Assembly: GCA_963791325.1 (NCBI GenBank)
Contig: CAWBRU010000002.1
Location: 266,632-330,631 of the forward strand
DNA length: 64,000 nt
Direction: 5' to 3'
DNA from: an uncultured Alphaproteobacteria bacterium
GTDB taxonomy: Bacteria; Pseudomonadota; Alphaproteobacteria; Rhizobiales; Rhizobiaceae
Within the stretch, counting starts at the first letter, position 1, and each line of letters begins with the position of its first letter. The notes under the pieces are model-generated. The model ran no database searches and had not been told where the DNA came from. It saw only the letters and a list, made by a program, of their open reading frames with translations. This document shows positions 1 to 9,244 of the stretch, one piece after another. The translations under genes were made by a program, and so were the position numbers.

Positions 1-975
1 CGGCACATAGGCGGTCTTCGCCCCGGGATCAGCGCCGGCCTGACCGGCCACCGTCATCGTCCCCGTGCACGGCTCGAGGCCGGCGAAGGAGCGGATCAGC
101 TCGCGCGAACCGGAGCCCTCGACGCCCATCAGCGCGATGATCTCGCCGGCCGCCCCGTCGAGCGCAATGCCGCGGAAGGCGCGCGGATGGCTCCAGTCGC
201 GCACCGAAAACAGCGGCACCTCGGTCCGCGCGGCCGCGGCGCGCAGCCGATCGCCCCGGCCCTCGCCGGCGGCGATCTCGGTGACCAGCTGGCGGGCGAT
301 GCCGTCCTCGGTCAGCGCCTCCCCCGCCAAAATGGCGCGGACCTTGCCGTCGCGCACGACCGCCACCCGCTTGCAGTGCTCGACCAGGTCGCCGAGCCGG
401 TGGGTGACCAGCAGAACGATGCGTCCCTCCGCCGCGATCGCGTGCATCTCGTGGAACAGCTGGTCGGATTCGTTCGCCGTCAGCGCCGAATTCGGCTCGT
501 CGAACAGGAACACGCGCGCCCGCCGGGCGACGGCCCGGGCAATCTCGGTGCGCTGCTGATTGGCGAGCGAGCAGTCGGACAAGAGCCGGTCCTTGAGCCC
601 GCCGATGCCGAGCGCCTCCATCACCTCGGCGTCGGCGTCGCTGAGCCCGGGCTTGGCAAACCGGGTGCCTTCGCGCCCGACGACGACGTTCTGGGCCACC
701 GTCAGATTGGGAAACAGCTGCGGCTCCTGATGAACCACCGCAACCTCGTGCCAGTCGGCCGACGGAGCCCACGGCCGGCCGTCGAAGGTCAGGCTGCCGG
801 CATCGGGCCGCTCTTCGCCGGCGATGATGCGCACCAGGGTGCTCTTGCCCGCGCCGTTCGGCCCGGCAATGCCCAACACCTCGCCCGGCAGAATGTCGAG
901 ATCGATGCCGTTGAGCGCAATCGTCGAGCCGTAGCGCTTGCTGACGCCGCGGATGCCGATGCCGGCGCCGCTCAT
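1..975 (-). CDS. sugar ABC transporter ATP-binding protein, two-domain type; partial, 3' end runs off the left edge
   Basis: Own translation of the minus strand from the ATG at 975-973 gives MSGAGIGIRGVSKRYGSTIALNGIDLDILPGEVLGIAGPNGAGKSTL (Walker A). A second nucleotide-binding domain follows (GEIIALMGVEGSGSRE). The start overlaps the permease stop (ATGA). It is absent from the ORF track because no stop lies in the window. Confidence 0.85.
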   Translation of the reverse strand, partial: MSGAGIGIRGVSKRYGSTIALNGIDLDILPGEVLGIAGPNGAGKSTLVRIIAGEERPDAGSLTFDGRPWAPSADWHEVAVVHQEPQLFPNLTVAQNVVVGREGTRFAKPGLSDADAEVMEALGIGGLKDRLLSDCSLANQQRTEIARAVARRARVFLFDEPNSALTANESDQLFHEMHAIAAEGRIVLLVTHRLGDLVEHCKRVAVVRDGKVRAILAGEALTEDGIARQLVTEIAAGEGRGDRLRAAAARTEVPLFSVRDWSHPRAFRGIALDGAAGEIIALMGVEGSGSRELIRSFAGLEPCTGTMTVAGQAGADPGAKTAYVP

Positions 976-2024
976 GCCGCGCGGCTCTTGCGCAGCTTGG
1001 TCAGGAACAGGTCGAGCGCCACCGCGCCGATGGTGACGGCGCCGAGGAAGATCTGCTGCACATGCGGTCCGGGCGACAGCAGCGCCAGCCCGATCTGCAG
1101 CTCCGCCAGGAGCAGGGCCCCGCCCAGCGTGCCGATGATGGTGCCCTTGCCGCCGCTCAGGCTGGCGCCGCCGATGATCACGGCGGCAAACACCGGAAAG
1201 GTCTGCGACAGGCCGATGTCGGGCTGGCTGGTCTGGATGAACGAGAAATCGAGGATGCCGGCGATCGCCGCCAGGATCGAGCACAGGATGAAGGCCAGGA
1301 TCTTGTAGCGGTTGACCGGCAGCCGGGCGAGCTTGCCGGCCTCGGGATTGCCGCCGATCGCCATCAGGCGGAAGCCGAACAGCGAGCGGTGAAGCAGGAA
1401 CCCGACGACCACGGCGATGCCGAGCATCCAGAAGATCTCGACCGACAGACTGTAGCGGCCGACATTGCGGGTGAGGCCGACGAAGAAGTCGAGCTCGCCG
1501 GGGTCGACGATGCCGTCGGGCGGCGGGTAGTTGGGGTTGAAGGTGCTGGTGTTGGTGATCCACAGCGACAGCCCGTAGAGCAGGTTGTAGCTGCCCAGCG
1601 TGACAATGAAGGAGGGAATCTTCAGCCGGGTCACCATCAACCCGTTGAACAGCCCGACCAGCGCACCGACCCCGATGGCCAGCGGGATCGCCAGATAGAC
1701 CGAAACCCCGAGCAGGATCCACAGCACCGCGAGCGTGTTGGCGGCAAGGCCGTACATGGCGCCGAAGGACAGGTCGATCTCGCCGACGACGATCACCAGC
1801 GTCAGCCCCATCGCCATGATGGCGACGGAGCTCATGCCGCGCAGCACCGAAACCGCAAGATTGGGATTGGCAAAATTGGGATTGATGAAGATGAACACCA
1901 GCGCGACCGCAATCACGGCGGCAAACAGCCCGCCGATCCGCAAGGCCGCATCGACCGTCTTGCGGCCGACGGCGCCAAATCCTCGCCGCGGCTCAGCCGG
2001 CTCGGTAGTCACGCCCGAACTCAT
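972..2024 (-). CDS. ABC transporter permease (ribose/xylose RbsC/AraH-like)
   Basis: 350-aa ORF, highly hydrophobic with multiple TM segments. It sits between the binding-protein and ATPase genes on the same strand. Confidence 0.85.
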   Translation of the reverse strand: MSSGVTTEPAEPRRGFGAVGRKTVDAALRIGGLFAAVIAVALVFIFINPNFANPNLAVSVLRGMSSVAIMAMGLTLVIVVGEIDLSFGAMYGLAANTLAVLWILLGVSVYLAIPLAIGVGALVGLFNGLMVTRLKIPSFIVTLGSYNLLYGLSLWITNTSTFNPNYPPPDGIVDPGELDFFVGLTRNVGRYSLSVEIFWMLGIAVVVGFLLHRSLFGFRLMAIGGNPEAGKLARLPVNRYKILAFILCSILAAIAGILDFSFIQTSQPDIGLSQTFPVFAAVIIGGASLSGGKGTIIGTLGGALLLAELQIGLALLSPGPHVQQIFLGAVTIGAVALDLFLTKLRKSRAA

Positions 2025-2052
2025 CCCCGTCCCGTCGCTCCCTTGCCCGTTG

Positions 2053-2151
2053 GAGCGGATCCCCGTTTTCCCGCATCGGTGCTCCGCTCCAAGTCCTTGT
2101 TTTCCCGCAATTCCGGACGGAAAACCGTTTCCACTTTTCCTGGAACTGCTC
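2053..2151 (+). repeat. ~95-bp intergenic repeat (RIME/REP-like), copy 1
   Basis: The core GGTGCTCCGCTCCAAGTCCTTGTTTTCCCGCAATTCCGGACGGAAAACCGTTTCCACTTTTCCTGGAACTGCTC is near-identical to 16111-16206 and to the reverse complement of 26215-26312. Confidence 0.7.
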
Positions 2152-2190
2152 GGGCGGCGCCGCCGCCCGGATGCGCCCTCCCGGCGAGCG

Positions 2191-3309
2191 TTATTTCGCC
2201 GACATCGTCTTGTCGAGCTCCTTGCGCGCCTGGGCCACGCCGTCCTTGGTCACGGCCTTCAGCGTCTGGGTGTTGGGCAGAATGACGCCGTTCTTCAGGA
2301 ACTGCGCGCAGGCGGGGCCGCCGAAAGCGGCCTGGTCGGGCCAGCGCTGGTCGAGCTGGGCCACCTGGATGCCCTTTTCGATCGCGTCGAGCTGTCCCTT
2401 GGACGAGTTCCAGCCGATGGTGAACACCTTGCCGGTGAGGCCGAGGCTCTCGATCGCCCGGTCGGCGTGCTCGGCGCCGATGTCGACATTCTGGATGAAC
2501 TGGACATCGGGGTTGGCGGTCAGGAACGAGCGGTAGACATCAAACGTCTTGGCAGGCTCGTAGCTGGTGTTCAGGCCGTTGGCGGCCGTGGTCACGAACT
2601 TGGCGTCGGGAATGGCCGCCTTGATGCCGTCCTCGAAGCCCTTCATGCGGCCCTGCGCCCAGAACTGGGTCGGGTCGCCGCCGGACACGGCGAACACCTT
2701 GATGTCGGCCTTGTTGTTGTCCTTGATCCACTTCAACACCGCCTCGGCGGCGGTATGGCCTTCCTTGTCGGGGATCTGCGTGAAGTTGGTGAACTCGTGG
2801 CCGCGCGAGGTGACGCCGGCGGTGAACACCGGAATGCCCTGGTCCATCAGCTTGTTGGTGATCGCGGTCATGGCGTCGGAGCTGACCGGCTCGATGCTGA
2901 TGCAGTCGATCTCGCCGGCGGCGAGCTTCGATTCGATCTGGCTGACCTGCTGGTTGGGGTCGTTCTGGACCGGCGCGATCGCCGCACACTCCATCGGGTA
3001 GATGTCCTTGCCCATCTTGCAGCCCATCTCGAAGCCCGCCTTGTACTGCGGCGAGAACAGCGGGATGCCGGAGGCCTGATAGGAGAAGACATAGTTGATC
3101 GGCTCGCCTTTCTTGATCTTTTCGGCGATCCGGTCGGCCAGCTTGAAGGTGCCCCAGTCGCGCTTCACCGCGAGCGGCGCACCGTCGACCTTGTCGCCGC
3201 TCTGCGGGATCTGACTCTCGCTGCCGTCCTGCGCCCAGGCGCCGCCGGCCAATGCCCATGTGGTGCAGCCGATGGCCGCCACGATCAATCGATGATGGAA
3301 CCTACGCAA
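2191..3309 (-). CDS. sugar ABC transporter periplasmic substrate-binding protein
   Basis: ORF 2191..3354 has a signal-peptide-like N-terminus (IVAAIGCTTWALAGGAWAQ) and periplasmic binding protein character. The likely start is the in-frame TTG at 3309, 7 nt after GGAGGAGGAG. The longest ORF starts at 3354. Confidence 0.8.
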   Translation of the reverse strand: MRRFHHRLIVAAIGCTTWALAGGAWAQDGSESQIPQSGDKVDGAPLAVKRDWGTFKLADRIAEKIKKGEPINYVFSYQASGIPLFSPQYKAGFEMGCKMGKDIYPMECAAIAPVQNDPNQQVSQIESKLAAGEIDCISIEPVSSDAMTAITNKLMDQGIPVFTAGVTSRGHEFTNFTQIPDKEGHTAAEAVLKWIKDNNKADIKVFAVSGGDPTQFWAQGRMKGFEDGIKAAIPDAKFVTTAANGLNTSYEPAKTFDVYRSFLTANPDVQFIQNVDIGAEHADRAIESLGLTGKVFTIGWNSSKGQLDAIEKGIQVAQLDQRWPDQAAFGGPACAQFLKNGVILPNTQTLKAVTKDGVAQARKELDKTMSAK

Positions 3310-3375
3310 ATGCTCCTCCTCCCGTTTTCCAGTGCATGCCGTTTCTCTTGCCACTCCAAGCGGGCGCCGGGCGGA

Positions 3376-4516
3376 TCACGCCCGGCCCAGCACCTTTTCG
3401 CTGCGATAGCCGTCGACGACCTCCTCGATCACCTCGATGCCGAGCCCAGGCCCGGTCGGCGGGTAGACCCAGCCGTCGACATGCTCGAACGGCTTGGTCA
3501 CCAGGTCGTGCTGCATCGGGTTGCGCAGCGGCTTGAACTCGAACAGCTTGCAGGCCGGCGAGTTGAACGAGATCGCCAGGCTGGCCGCGGTGACGATCGC
3601 CGACGACCAGGCATGGGCATTGGCCTGGCGGCGGTAGAACTCGCAGCGCTCGGTGACCTTCTTGAAGCCGGTGATGCCTTCCGCGCGGCCCGGATCGACG
3701 CCGACCACGTCGACGGTGCCGGTCGCCAGCACCCGCTCGAACTGCTCCAGCGTCCATTCGCGCTCGCCATAGGCGATCCGCGTCGTCGTCTTGGCGCGCA
3801 GATTGGCGTAGCCCTCGGGATCCCAGGCGCCGAGCGGCTCCTCGATCCAGGCGAGGTTGTACTCCTCCATCGCCCTCGCCCGGCGCACCGCGTCGGTGAC
3901 GTCCCATTTGATGTCGATGCCGTTGTCGATCATCAGCATCTTGTCGCCGAGCACCTCGCGCATCGCCTTGACATAGGCGACGTCGCGGTCGTGGTCGTAG
4001 CCGAGGCGGGCATTGCCGCGCTTGCCGAAGCCGGTCTTCAGCCCCTGCAGCCCGGTCGACAGCCATTCGGCCGTCTCCTCGGCCATCTCGGGGATCGACT
4101 CGTAGTGGGCGTGGCAGGAGGCGATCGCCGGCAGCCGCTCGTGCACCGCTCCGCCGAGCAGGTCGAGCACGCTGCGGCCGAGCGCCTTGCCCTTCAGATC
4201 CCACAGGGCGATGTCGATCGCCGCGATGGCATAGGATGCAATGCCGCCATGATAGCCGTACCACCAGGCCTGCTGCTTGTTCTGCCGCCACAGCGCCTCG
4301 GTGTGCGACCGGATCCTTGCCGATCAGGTTCGGCGCCATGCCCTCGATGATCGCCTTGGCGGCGAAATTGGCCTCGGGGAACTGGGTGATCGACTCGCCC
4401 CAGCCGACCTGGCCGTCGTCGGCGGTGATCTTGGCCAGGCAGAGATGCCGGAGCGCGTTGAAGTCGTTCGGCTCCGGATAGCTCACCGGAATGGCTTCGA
4501 TCTTGGCGATCCTCAT
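3376..4516 (-). pseudogene. enolase-superfamily enzyme (mandelate racemase/muconate lactonizing, sugar-acid dehydratase-like) with a 1-nt insertion near 4300
   Basis: The N-terminus MRIAKIEAIPVSYPEPNDFNALRHLCLAKITADDGQVGWGES is in one frame. After about 4300 the family-typical EALWRQNKQQAWWYGYHGGIASYAIAAIDIALWDLKGKALG...IEEPL continues in the frame of ORF 3376..4170. 1141 nt minus 1 gives 380 codons. Confidence 0.75.
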
Positions 4517-4526
4517 GACGCGCTCT

Positions 4527-5408
4527 CTAGCCGATCGCGCCGCGGAAGAGCGGCATGCCCTCGACGCCGACATCGACCTCGATCAGGCCGCCCGGTCATC
4601 GCCGCCCCGGTGGTGTCGAACGGCCCCATGTCGCAGCAGAACAGCTTGCCGCCCTTGCCGAAGCAGCAGTTGAGAATGGTGCCGCCCGTCTCGAGGAAGT
4701 CGATATGCTTGCCGTCCTTGGAGAAGATGGTCGACGCCGCCGGCCGCCACCGCGGTGATCCAGAAATTGCCGTTGGCGTCGATCTTGAGCCCGTCGGGGA
4801 TGTGGCCTTCCGGCATCGTGCAGAGCAGCGACTTGCTGCCGTCGGGTTTGCGGCGGATGACGTTCAGCGTGTAGGACTCGACCCAGACGAGCGACCCGTC
4901 CGGCTCGGCGACGATGCCGTTCGGATAGACGTAGTCGAGTTCTTCGAGGATCTTGGCGACGCCGTTTTTCTCGATCACCACGATGCGGCCGGGGTGCGGC
5001 TTGTCTTCCTGGTTCCAGTCGCCGGAATCGGTGAAATAGAGGCGGCCGTCCGGGCCGAAGGTGAGGTCGTTGGGGCCGTCGAAGGTCTTGCCGTCGGCCT
5101 CGGTGACCAGGATCTCGACCTTGCCGCCGGGCAGCGTCTTCTGGATCGAGGGCGGCCGGTGCTCCGGCGCGACCCATGCGCCGACATTGGGCGTCTGGGT
5201 CGAGTAGACGCTGCCGTCCGAGCCCAGCATGCAGGCATTCGGGCCGCCGCCGACGAAGGCGAACCGCCCCTGCTTGCCGGTTTTGGGATCCCAGACGCCG
5301 ATCTCGCTGGCATAGGTGTTGGCGTAGATCGACCCGGCCGTCGTCCAGCTCATAGGGGCCCTCGGGATGGCCGAGGCCGGTGGCGCGGATCTTCTGCGGC
5401 TTCTTCAT
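4527..5408 (-). pseudogene. SMP-30/gluconolactonase/LRE-family lactonase with three 1-nt insertions (about 5333, 4729, 4588)
   Basis: MKKPQKIRATGLGHPEGPYELDDGR shifts to IYANTYASEIGVWDPKTGK...NGNFWITAVAAGGVD. That shifts to IFSKDGKHIDFLETGGTILNCCFGKGGKLFCCDMGPFDTTGAAMTGR, then to LIEVDVGVEGMPLFRGAIG*. 882 nt minus 3 gives 293 codons. Confidence 0.7.
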
Positions 5409-5420
5409 GCTCGTCCTCCC

Positions 5421-6171
5421 TCACCAGGTCACCAGGCCGCCGGTGAAGTTGACCGCCTGGCCGGTCATGTATGCCGCCTCGTCGGACAGCAGAAACCAGA
5501 TGACCGCCGCGCATTCCTGCGGCGCCGAGGCACGGCCGAGCGGCACCGCCGTGTTGCGGGCGCCCTGCAGGGCCTCGGCCGACATGCCGCGCAGCCGCGA
5601 CACACGGTCGATGCACGACGTCCTGCATCGGCGTGTCGACGATGCCGGGGCAGATCGCGTTGACCCGCACCGGGCGGTCGGCCAGCGCATAGGCGAACGA
5701 GCGCGTGATCGACAGGATCGTGGTCTTGGACGCGGCGTAGGCGGCGACCTCGATCGTCGAGGCGAGCTTGGCCGAGCTCGACGACAGATTGACGATGGCG
5801 CCGCCGGGCCGGAGCCGCGGGCCGCACTGCTGACAGATGAAGAAGATCGACTCGGCATTGACCGTCTGGATCCGGCGCCATTCCTCGCGGTCGATCTCGA
5901 GGATCGGCTTGATCAGGATGATGCCGTGCGCGTTGACCAAATAATCGCAGCCGTCGGCGGCCGCGGCCAGCGCCGACCAGGCCGACGGCTCGGCAAGATC
6001 GAGCGTCAGCGTTTCGCAGCCGCTCTCACCGAGCGGGCGCAGCCGCTGGGCGTCGATGTCGACCGCGGTGACGGCAACCCTTTCGCGCAGCAGCCGCTCG
6101 GCCACGGCACGACCGATCCCGCTGCCCGCTCCCGTGACGATACCGCGGCGATTTCGCGCTGGCGAAGCCAT
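5421..6171 (-). pseudogene. SDR-family oxidoreductase with a 1-nt insertion near 5613
   Basis: N-terminus GIVTGAGSGIGRAV, then YAASK and NAICPGIVDTPM. The C-terminus (IDRVSRLRGMSAEALQGARNTAVPLGRASAPQECAAVIWFLLSDEAAYMTGQAVNFTGGLVTW*) continues in the frame of ORF 5421..5858. 751 nt minus 1 gives 250 codons. Confidence 0.75.
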
Positions 6172-6265
6172 TTCGGATTTGCGCCCTCCCGTTGCCGTCG
6201 CGCGGCAACTCCACCCTTAAGACATACGGCCTGCGCTCGGCGGGGGTGAATGCTCCTCGGGCCAA

Positions 6266-6285
6266 CTATATTGAAACGTTATCGA
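6266..6285. promoter_or_regulatory. operator-like element CTATATTGAAACGTTATCGA in a divergent promoter
   Basis: Repeated as CTATCAATTGAAACGATAT at 6407-6425. The AAACG(T)T core resembles LacI/GalR half-sites. It lies between the divergent SDR (6171) and tartrate-dehydrogenase-like (6466) starts. Confidence 0.3.
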
Positions 6286-6406
6286 GGCATGCAAGCGATT
6301 TTTGGACACGACACCGTCGCGTTCGCGCCCCGTCACCTCCGGTCAGCGGCGGCTATTCATCCGCCCGGCCGCTAAGCGCGCGACTTGCAATGCGCGGACG
6401 AGGTGT

Positions 6407-6425
6407 CTATCAATTGAAACGATAT
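6407..6425. promoter_or_regulatory. second copy of the TTGAAACG element, 41 bp upstream of the 6466 start
   Basis: CTATCAATTGAAACGATAT, a direct repeat of 6266-6285. Confidence 0.3.
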
Positions 6426-6465
6426 TTTTTGGGGCGGCGGCAGCCCGCCCGCGGAAAGGAACACC

Positions 6466-7548
6466 ATGCCGGCGACCACGATCGCAGTCATCGAAGGCGA
6501 TGGCATCGGCAAGGAAGTGGTGCCCGAGGGGCGCCGGGTGCTCGAGGCCGCGGCCCGCGTCTTCGGGCTCGATCTGCGCTTCGAGGCCTTCCCTTGGGGC
6601 TGCGACCATCACGCGCGCTTCGGACGGATGATGCCGGAGGACGGGCTTGCCCGGATCGCCGATCACGATGCGATATTTTTGGGGGCCGTCGGCTGGCCGA
6701 CCGTGTCGGATGTGGAGTCGCTTTGGACCCTGCTGATGCCGATCCGCCGCAGTTTTCAGCAATATGTCAATCTTCGGCCGGTGCGGCTGTTCGAGGGCGT
6801 TCCCTCGCCGCTCGCCAGACCGGGCGACATCGACCTTCTGATCGTGCGCGAGAACAATGAGGGCGAGTACTCCGAAATCGGCGGCCGCATGTTCCCCGGC
6901 ACCGACCAGGAGATGGTGATCCAGAACACGGTCCTGACCCGGTTCGGCTGCGACCGGGTGATGCGCTATGCCTTCGGCCTCGCCATGAAGCGCAAGCGCA
7001 AGCTTACCTCGGCGACCAAGTCGAACGGCATCATTCACACGATGCCGTTCTGGGACGAGCGTTTCCGCGCGGTCGCGGCCGAGTTCCCCGAGGTCGCAAC
7101 CGAGCAGTTCCACATCGACATCCTGGCGGCGCATTTCGTCGGCCGGCCGTCGCGTTTCGACGTGGTGGTGGCGAGCAATCTGTTCGGCGACATCCTTTCC
7201 GATCTCGGCCCGGCGGTGACGGGGACGATCGGCATCGCTCCCTCGGGCAACATCAACCCGGAACGGCGCTTTCCGTCGATGTTCGAGCCGGTGCACGGCT
7301 CGGCCCCCGACATCGCCGGCAAGAACATCGCCAATCCGATCGGCCAGATCTGGTCCGGTGCCATGCTGCTCGACCATCTCGGCGCCCCGGAGGCGGCGGC
7401 GGCCATCGTCGGCGCCATCGAGCGGGTGCTCGCCGCGGGCGATACCTTGACCCCCGACATGGGCGGACAGGCGTCGACCGCAGCTCTCGGCCAGGCGGTC
7501 GCCGAGGCGGTTTCATCGCACCCTGCGAAGGCACGTCGTCATGGCTGA
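6466..7548 (+). CDS. tartrate dehydrogenase/decarboxylase-like enzyme (isocitrate/isopropylmalate dehydrogenase family)
   Basis: 360 aa with IAVIEGDGIGKEV, NLRPVR, LIVRENNEGEYS and SNLFGDILSDLG, the family hallmark motifs. Confidence 0.8.
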   Translation: MPATTIAVIEGDGIGKEVVPEGRRVLEAAARVFGLDLRFEAFPWGCDHHARFGRMMPEDGLARIADHDAIFLGAVGWPTVSDVESLWTLLMPIRRSFQQYVNLRPVRLFEGVPSPLARPGDIDLLIVRENNEGEYSEIGGRMFPGTDQEMVIQNTVLTRFGCDRVMRYAFGLAMKRKRKLTSATKSNGIIHTMPFWDERFRAVAAEFPEVATEQFHIDILAAHFVGRPSRFDVVVASNLFGDILSDLGPAVTGTIGIAPSGNINPERRFPSMFEPVHGSAPDIAGKNIANPIGQIWSGAMLLDHLGAPEAAAAIVGAIERVLAAGDTLTPDMGGQASTAALGQAVAEAVSSHPAKARRHG

Positions 7549-8410
7549 GATCCCGTTCGTCGACACCCATTTCCACCTGCACGACATGAAGCACCCGCAG
7601 CTGCGCTACGGCTGGCTGGAGCCGGATGCCGTGCACGGCTTCCTGCCCGACACCGATCCGCTCAAATCGCAGCACTACTTCATCAAGGACTATCTGGCCG
7701 AGATCCGCTTTGCCAATGTGGTCAAGGCGATCCATGTGCAGGCCGCGGTCAACACCCCCGACCCGGTGGTCGAGACCGCCTGGCTGCAGGCCTTTGCCGA
7801 CGAGACCGGATACCCGCAGGGCATTGTCGCCGAATGCCATCTGGCCCGGCCGGACGCCGCCGCGGTGCTCGACCAGCACCTCGCCTACAACAATGTGCGC
7901 GGCATCCGCGATTTCGGCGACGGGCGCTACCTGATCGAGCCGGCCTGGCGGCGCGGGTTTGCCGAGCTTGCGCCGCGCACGCTGGTGTCCTGCATCGACA
8001 CGCGGGTGGAGCTTGCCGAGGACATCCGCGACTTGGCTCGGACGTTTCCGGAGACGCAGATCTGCATCGACCATTGCGCGATCCCGATGGGCCGCGATGC
8101 CGAGAGCTTCCGGCGCTGGCGCGCGGCCATGGACGTGATGGCCGGCTCACCGAACGTCACCATGAAGGTCTCGGGGCTCGGCATGTGTGACCCAAGGTGG
8201 ACGGTGGAGTCGATCCGGCCTTACGTCCTGGGCAGCATCGAAGCCTTCGGCGTGCCGCGGGTGGTGTTCGGCACCAACTGGCCGGTCGACCGGATGTACA
8301 GTTCCTATCCCGACGTCATCAACGCCTATGCCGAGATCATCTCCGGCTTTTCGCGCGACGAGCAGACGGCGCTGTTTTCCGGCAACGCCGAACGGCTGTT
8401 CAGGATCTGA
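7541..8410 (+). CDS. amidohydrolase-2 family metal-dependent hydrolase/decarboxylase
   Basis: 289 aa. The N-terminal FVDTHFHLHD metal-binding motif and a later IDHCA are present. It overlaps the upstream stop by 8 nt (operon). Confidence 0.8.
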   Translation: MAEIPFVDTHFHLHDMKHPQLRYGWLEPDAVHGFLPDTDPLKSQHYFIKDYLAEIRFANVVKAIHVQAAVNTPDPVVETAWLQAFADETGYPQGIVAECHLARPDAAAVLDQHLAYNNVRGIRDFGDGRYLIEPAWRRGFAELAPRTLVSCIDTRVELAEDIRDLARTFPETQICIDHCAIPMGRDAESFRRWRAAMDVMAGSPNVTMKVSGLGMCDPRWTVESIRPYVLGSIEAFGVPRVVFGTNWPVDRMYSSYPDVINAYAEIISGFSRDEQTALFSGNAERLFRI

Positions 8411-8422
8411 GGCGAACACACG

Positions 8423-8905
8423 ATGGCCAGTCCCGCCCCCGTCGAAAGCGTCCACCATGTCGGCATGACGGTGGCGAGCCTGGAGGCCGCGCTTGCCTTC
8501 TGGGAAGCGTTTCTCGGCAAGCCGGCGCGTTGGACGACGGTGCTCGACCGGCCCTATCTCAGCCGGGTGGTCGGCTATCCCGATGTGGCGATCAAGGCGG
8601 CATTCGTCGACTTGCCCGGCGGCGTGGTCCTCGAGCTTCTCGACTATCACCAGGTCGCCGGGCGCAGCGCCAATCCGCAGGCCACCGCCAATCCGGGCAA
8701 TATGCATCTCTGCCTCAAGGTCGCGGATGCACACGCGGCGTGGCAACACGCGGTCGGCTGCGGCGCGGTGCCGGTGTCTCCGGACGGGCCGGTGGCCATA
8801 GACGGCGGCCCCAATATCGGCGCCAAGGCCGCCTATCTGCGCATCCACGACGGCATCACCATCGAGCTGTTCCAGCCGCCGCCGCGCCGCGAGGCAGCGG
8901 GATGA
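8423..8905 (+). CDS. VOC (glyoxalase/bleomycin resistance/dioxygenase) family protein
   Basis: 160 aa with VHHVGMTVASLEAALAFWEAFLG ... NMHLCLKV ... ITIELFQ. Confidence 0.75.
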   Translation: MASPAPVESVHHVGMTVASLEAALAFWEAFLGKPARWTTVLDRPYLSRVVGYPDVAIKAAFVDLPGGVVLELLDYHQVAGRSANPQATANPGNMHLCLKVADAHAAWQHAVGCGAVPVSPDGPVAIDGGPNIGAKAAYLRIHDGITIELFQPPPRREAAG

Positions 8906-9234
8906 TCAAGCGGATCAGCTTCCTGCGGCGCAAGGACGGAATGAGCGCAGACGCCTTCTTCGCTCATTGGACCGGTCCGCATGCCGACATCGTCAAGCGG
9001 CTCCCCGGACTGCGCGGCCTGCGCTTCGGCCGGGTGGAAAGCTGGTCGCCCGAGGCGGCCGCCTGGGACGGCGTCGGCGAGATCTGGTTCGACAGCGTCG
9101 AGGCCGCGCTGGCCGCCTTTGCCAGCGAGCCGTGCCGCAGCCTGCTCGTCGAGGACCGCAAATTGTTCACGCGCGAGATCCAGTCGTGCTTCGTCACCGA
9201 GCACACCGCGGTCGCGCCGGTGCAGATCGCTTGA
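8902..9234 (+). CDS. EthD-domain protein
   Basis: The internal ATG at 8902 overlaps the VOC stop (ATGA). MIKRISFLRRKDGMSADAFFAHWTGPHADIVKRLPGLRG ... is typical of EthD/DUF-type small proteins. Confidence 0.7.
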   Translation: MIKRISFLRRKDGMSADAFFAHWTGPHADIVKRLPGLRGLRFGRVESWSPEAAAWDGVGEIWFDSVEAALAAFASEPCRSLLVEDRKLFTREIQSCFVTEHTAVAPVQIA

Positions 9235-9244
9235 GGAGGCGGGG

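Noticed and set aside
1735-4350. Very long ORFs antisense to, or out of frame with, the transporter and dehydratase genes (1735..4350 + 871 aa, 187..1308 +, 1062..2285 +, 29..772 -)
   Set aside because: Their translations are Arg/Ala/Gly/Pro-rich low-complexity strings with no recognisable motifs. They overlap well-supported genes on the other strand. These are typical open-frame artefacts of ~65% GC DNA.
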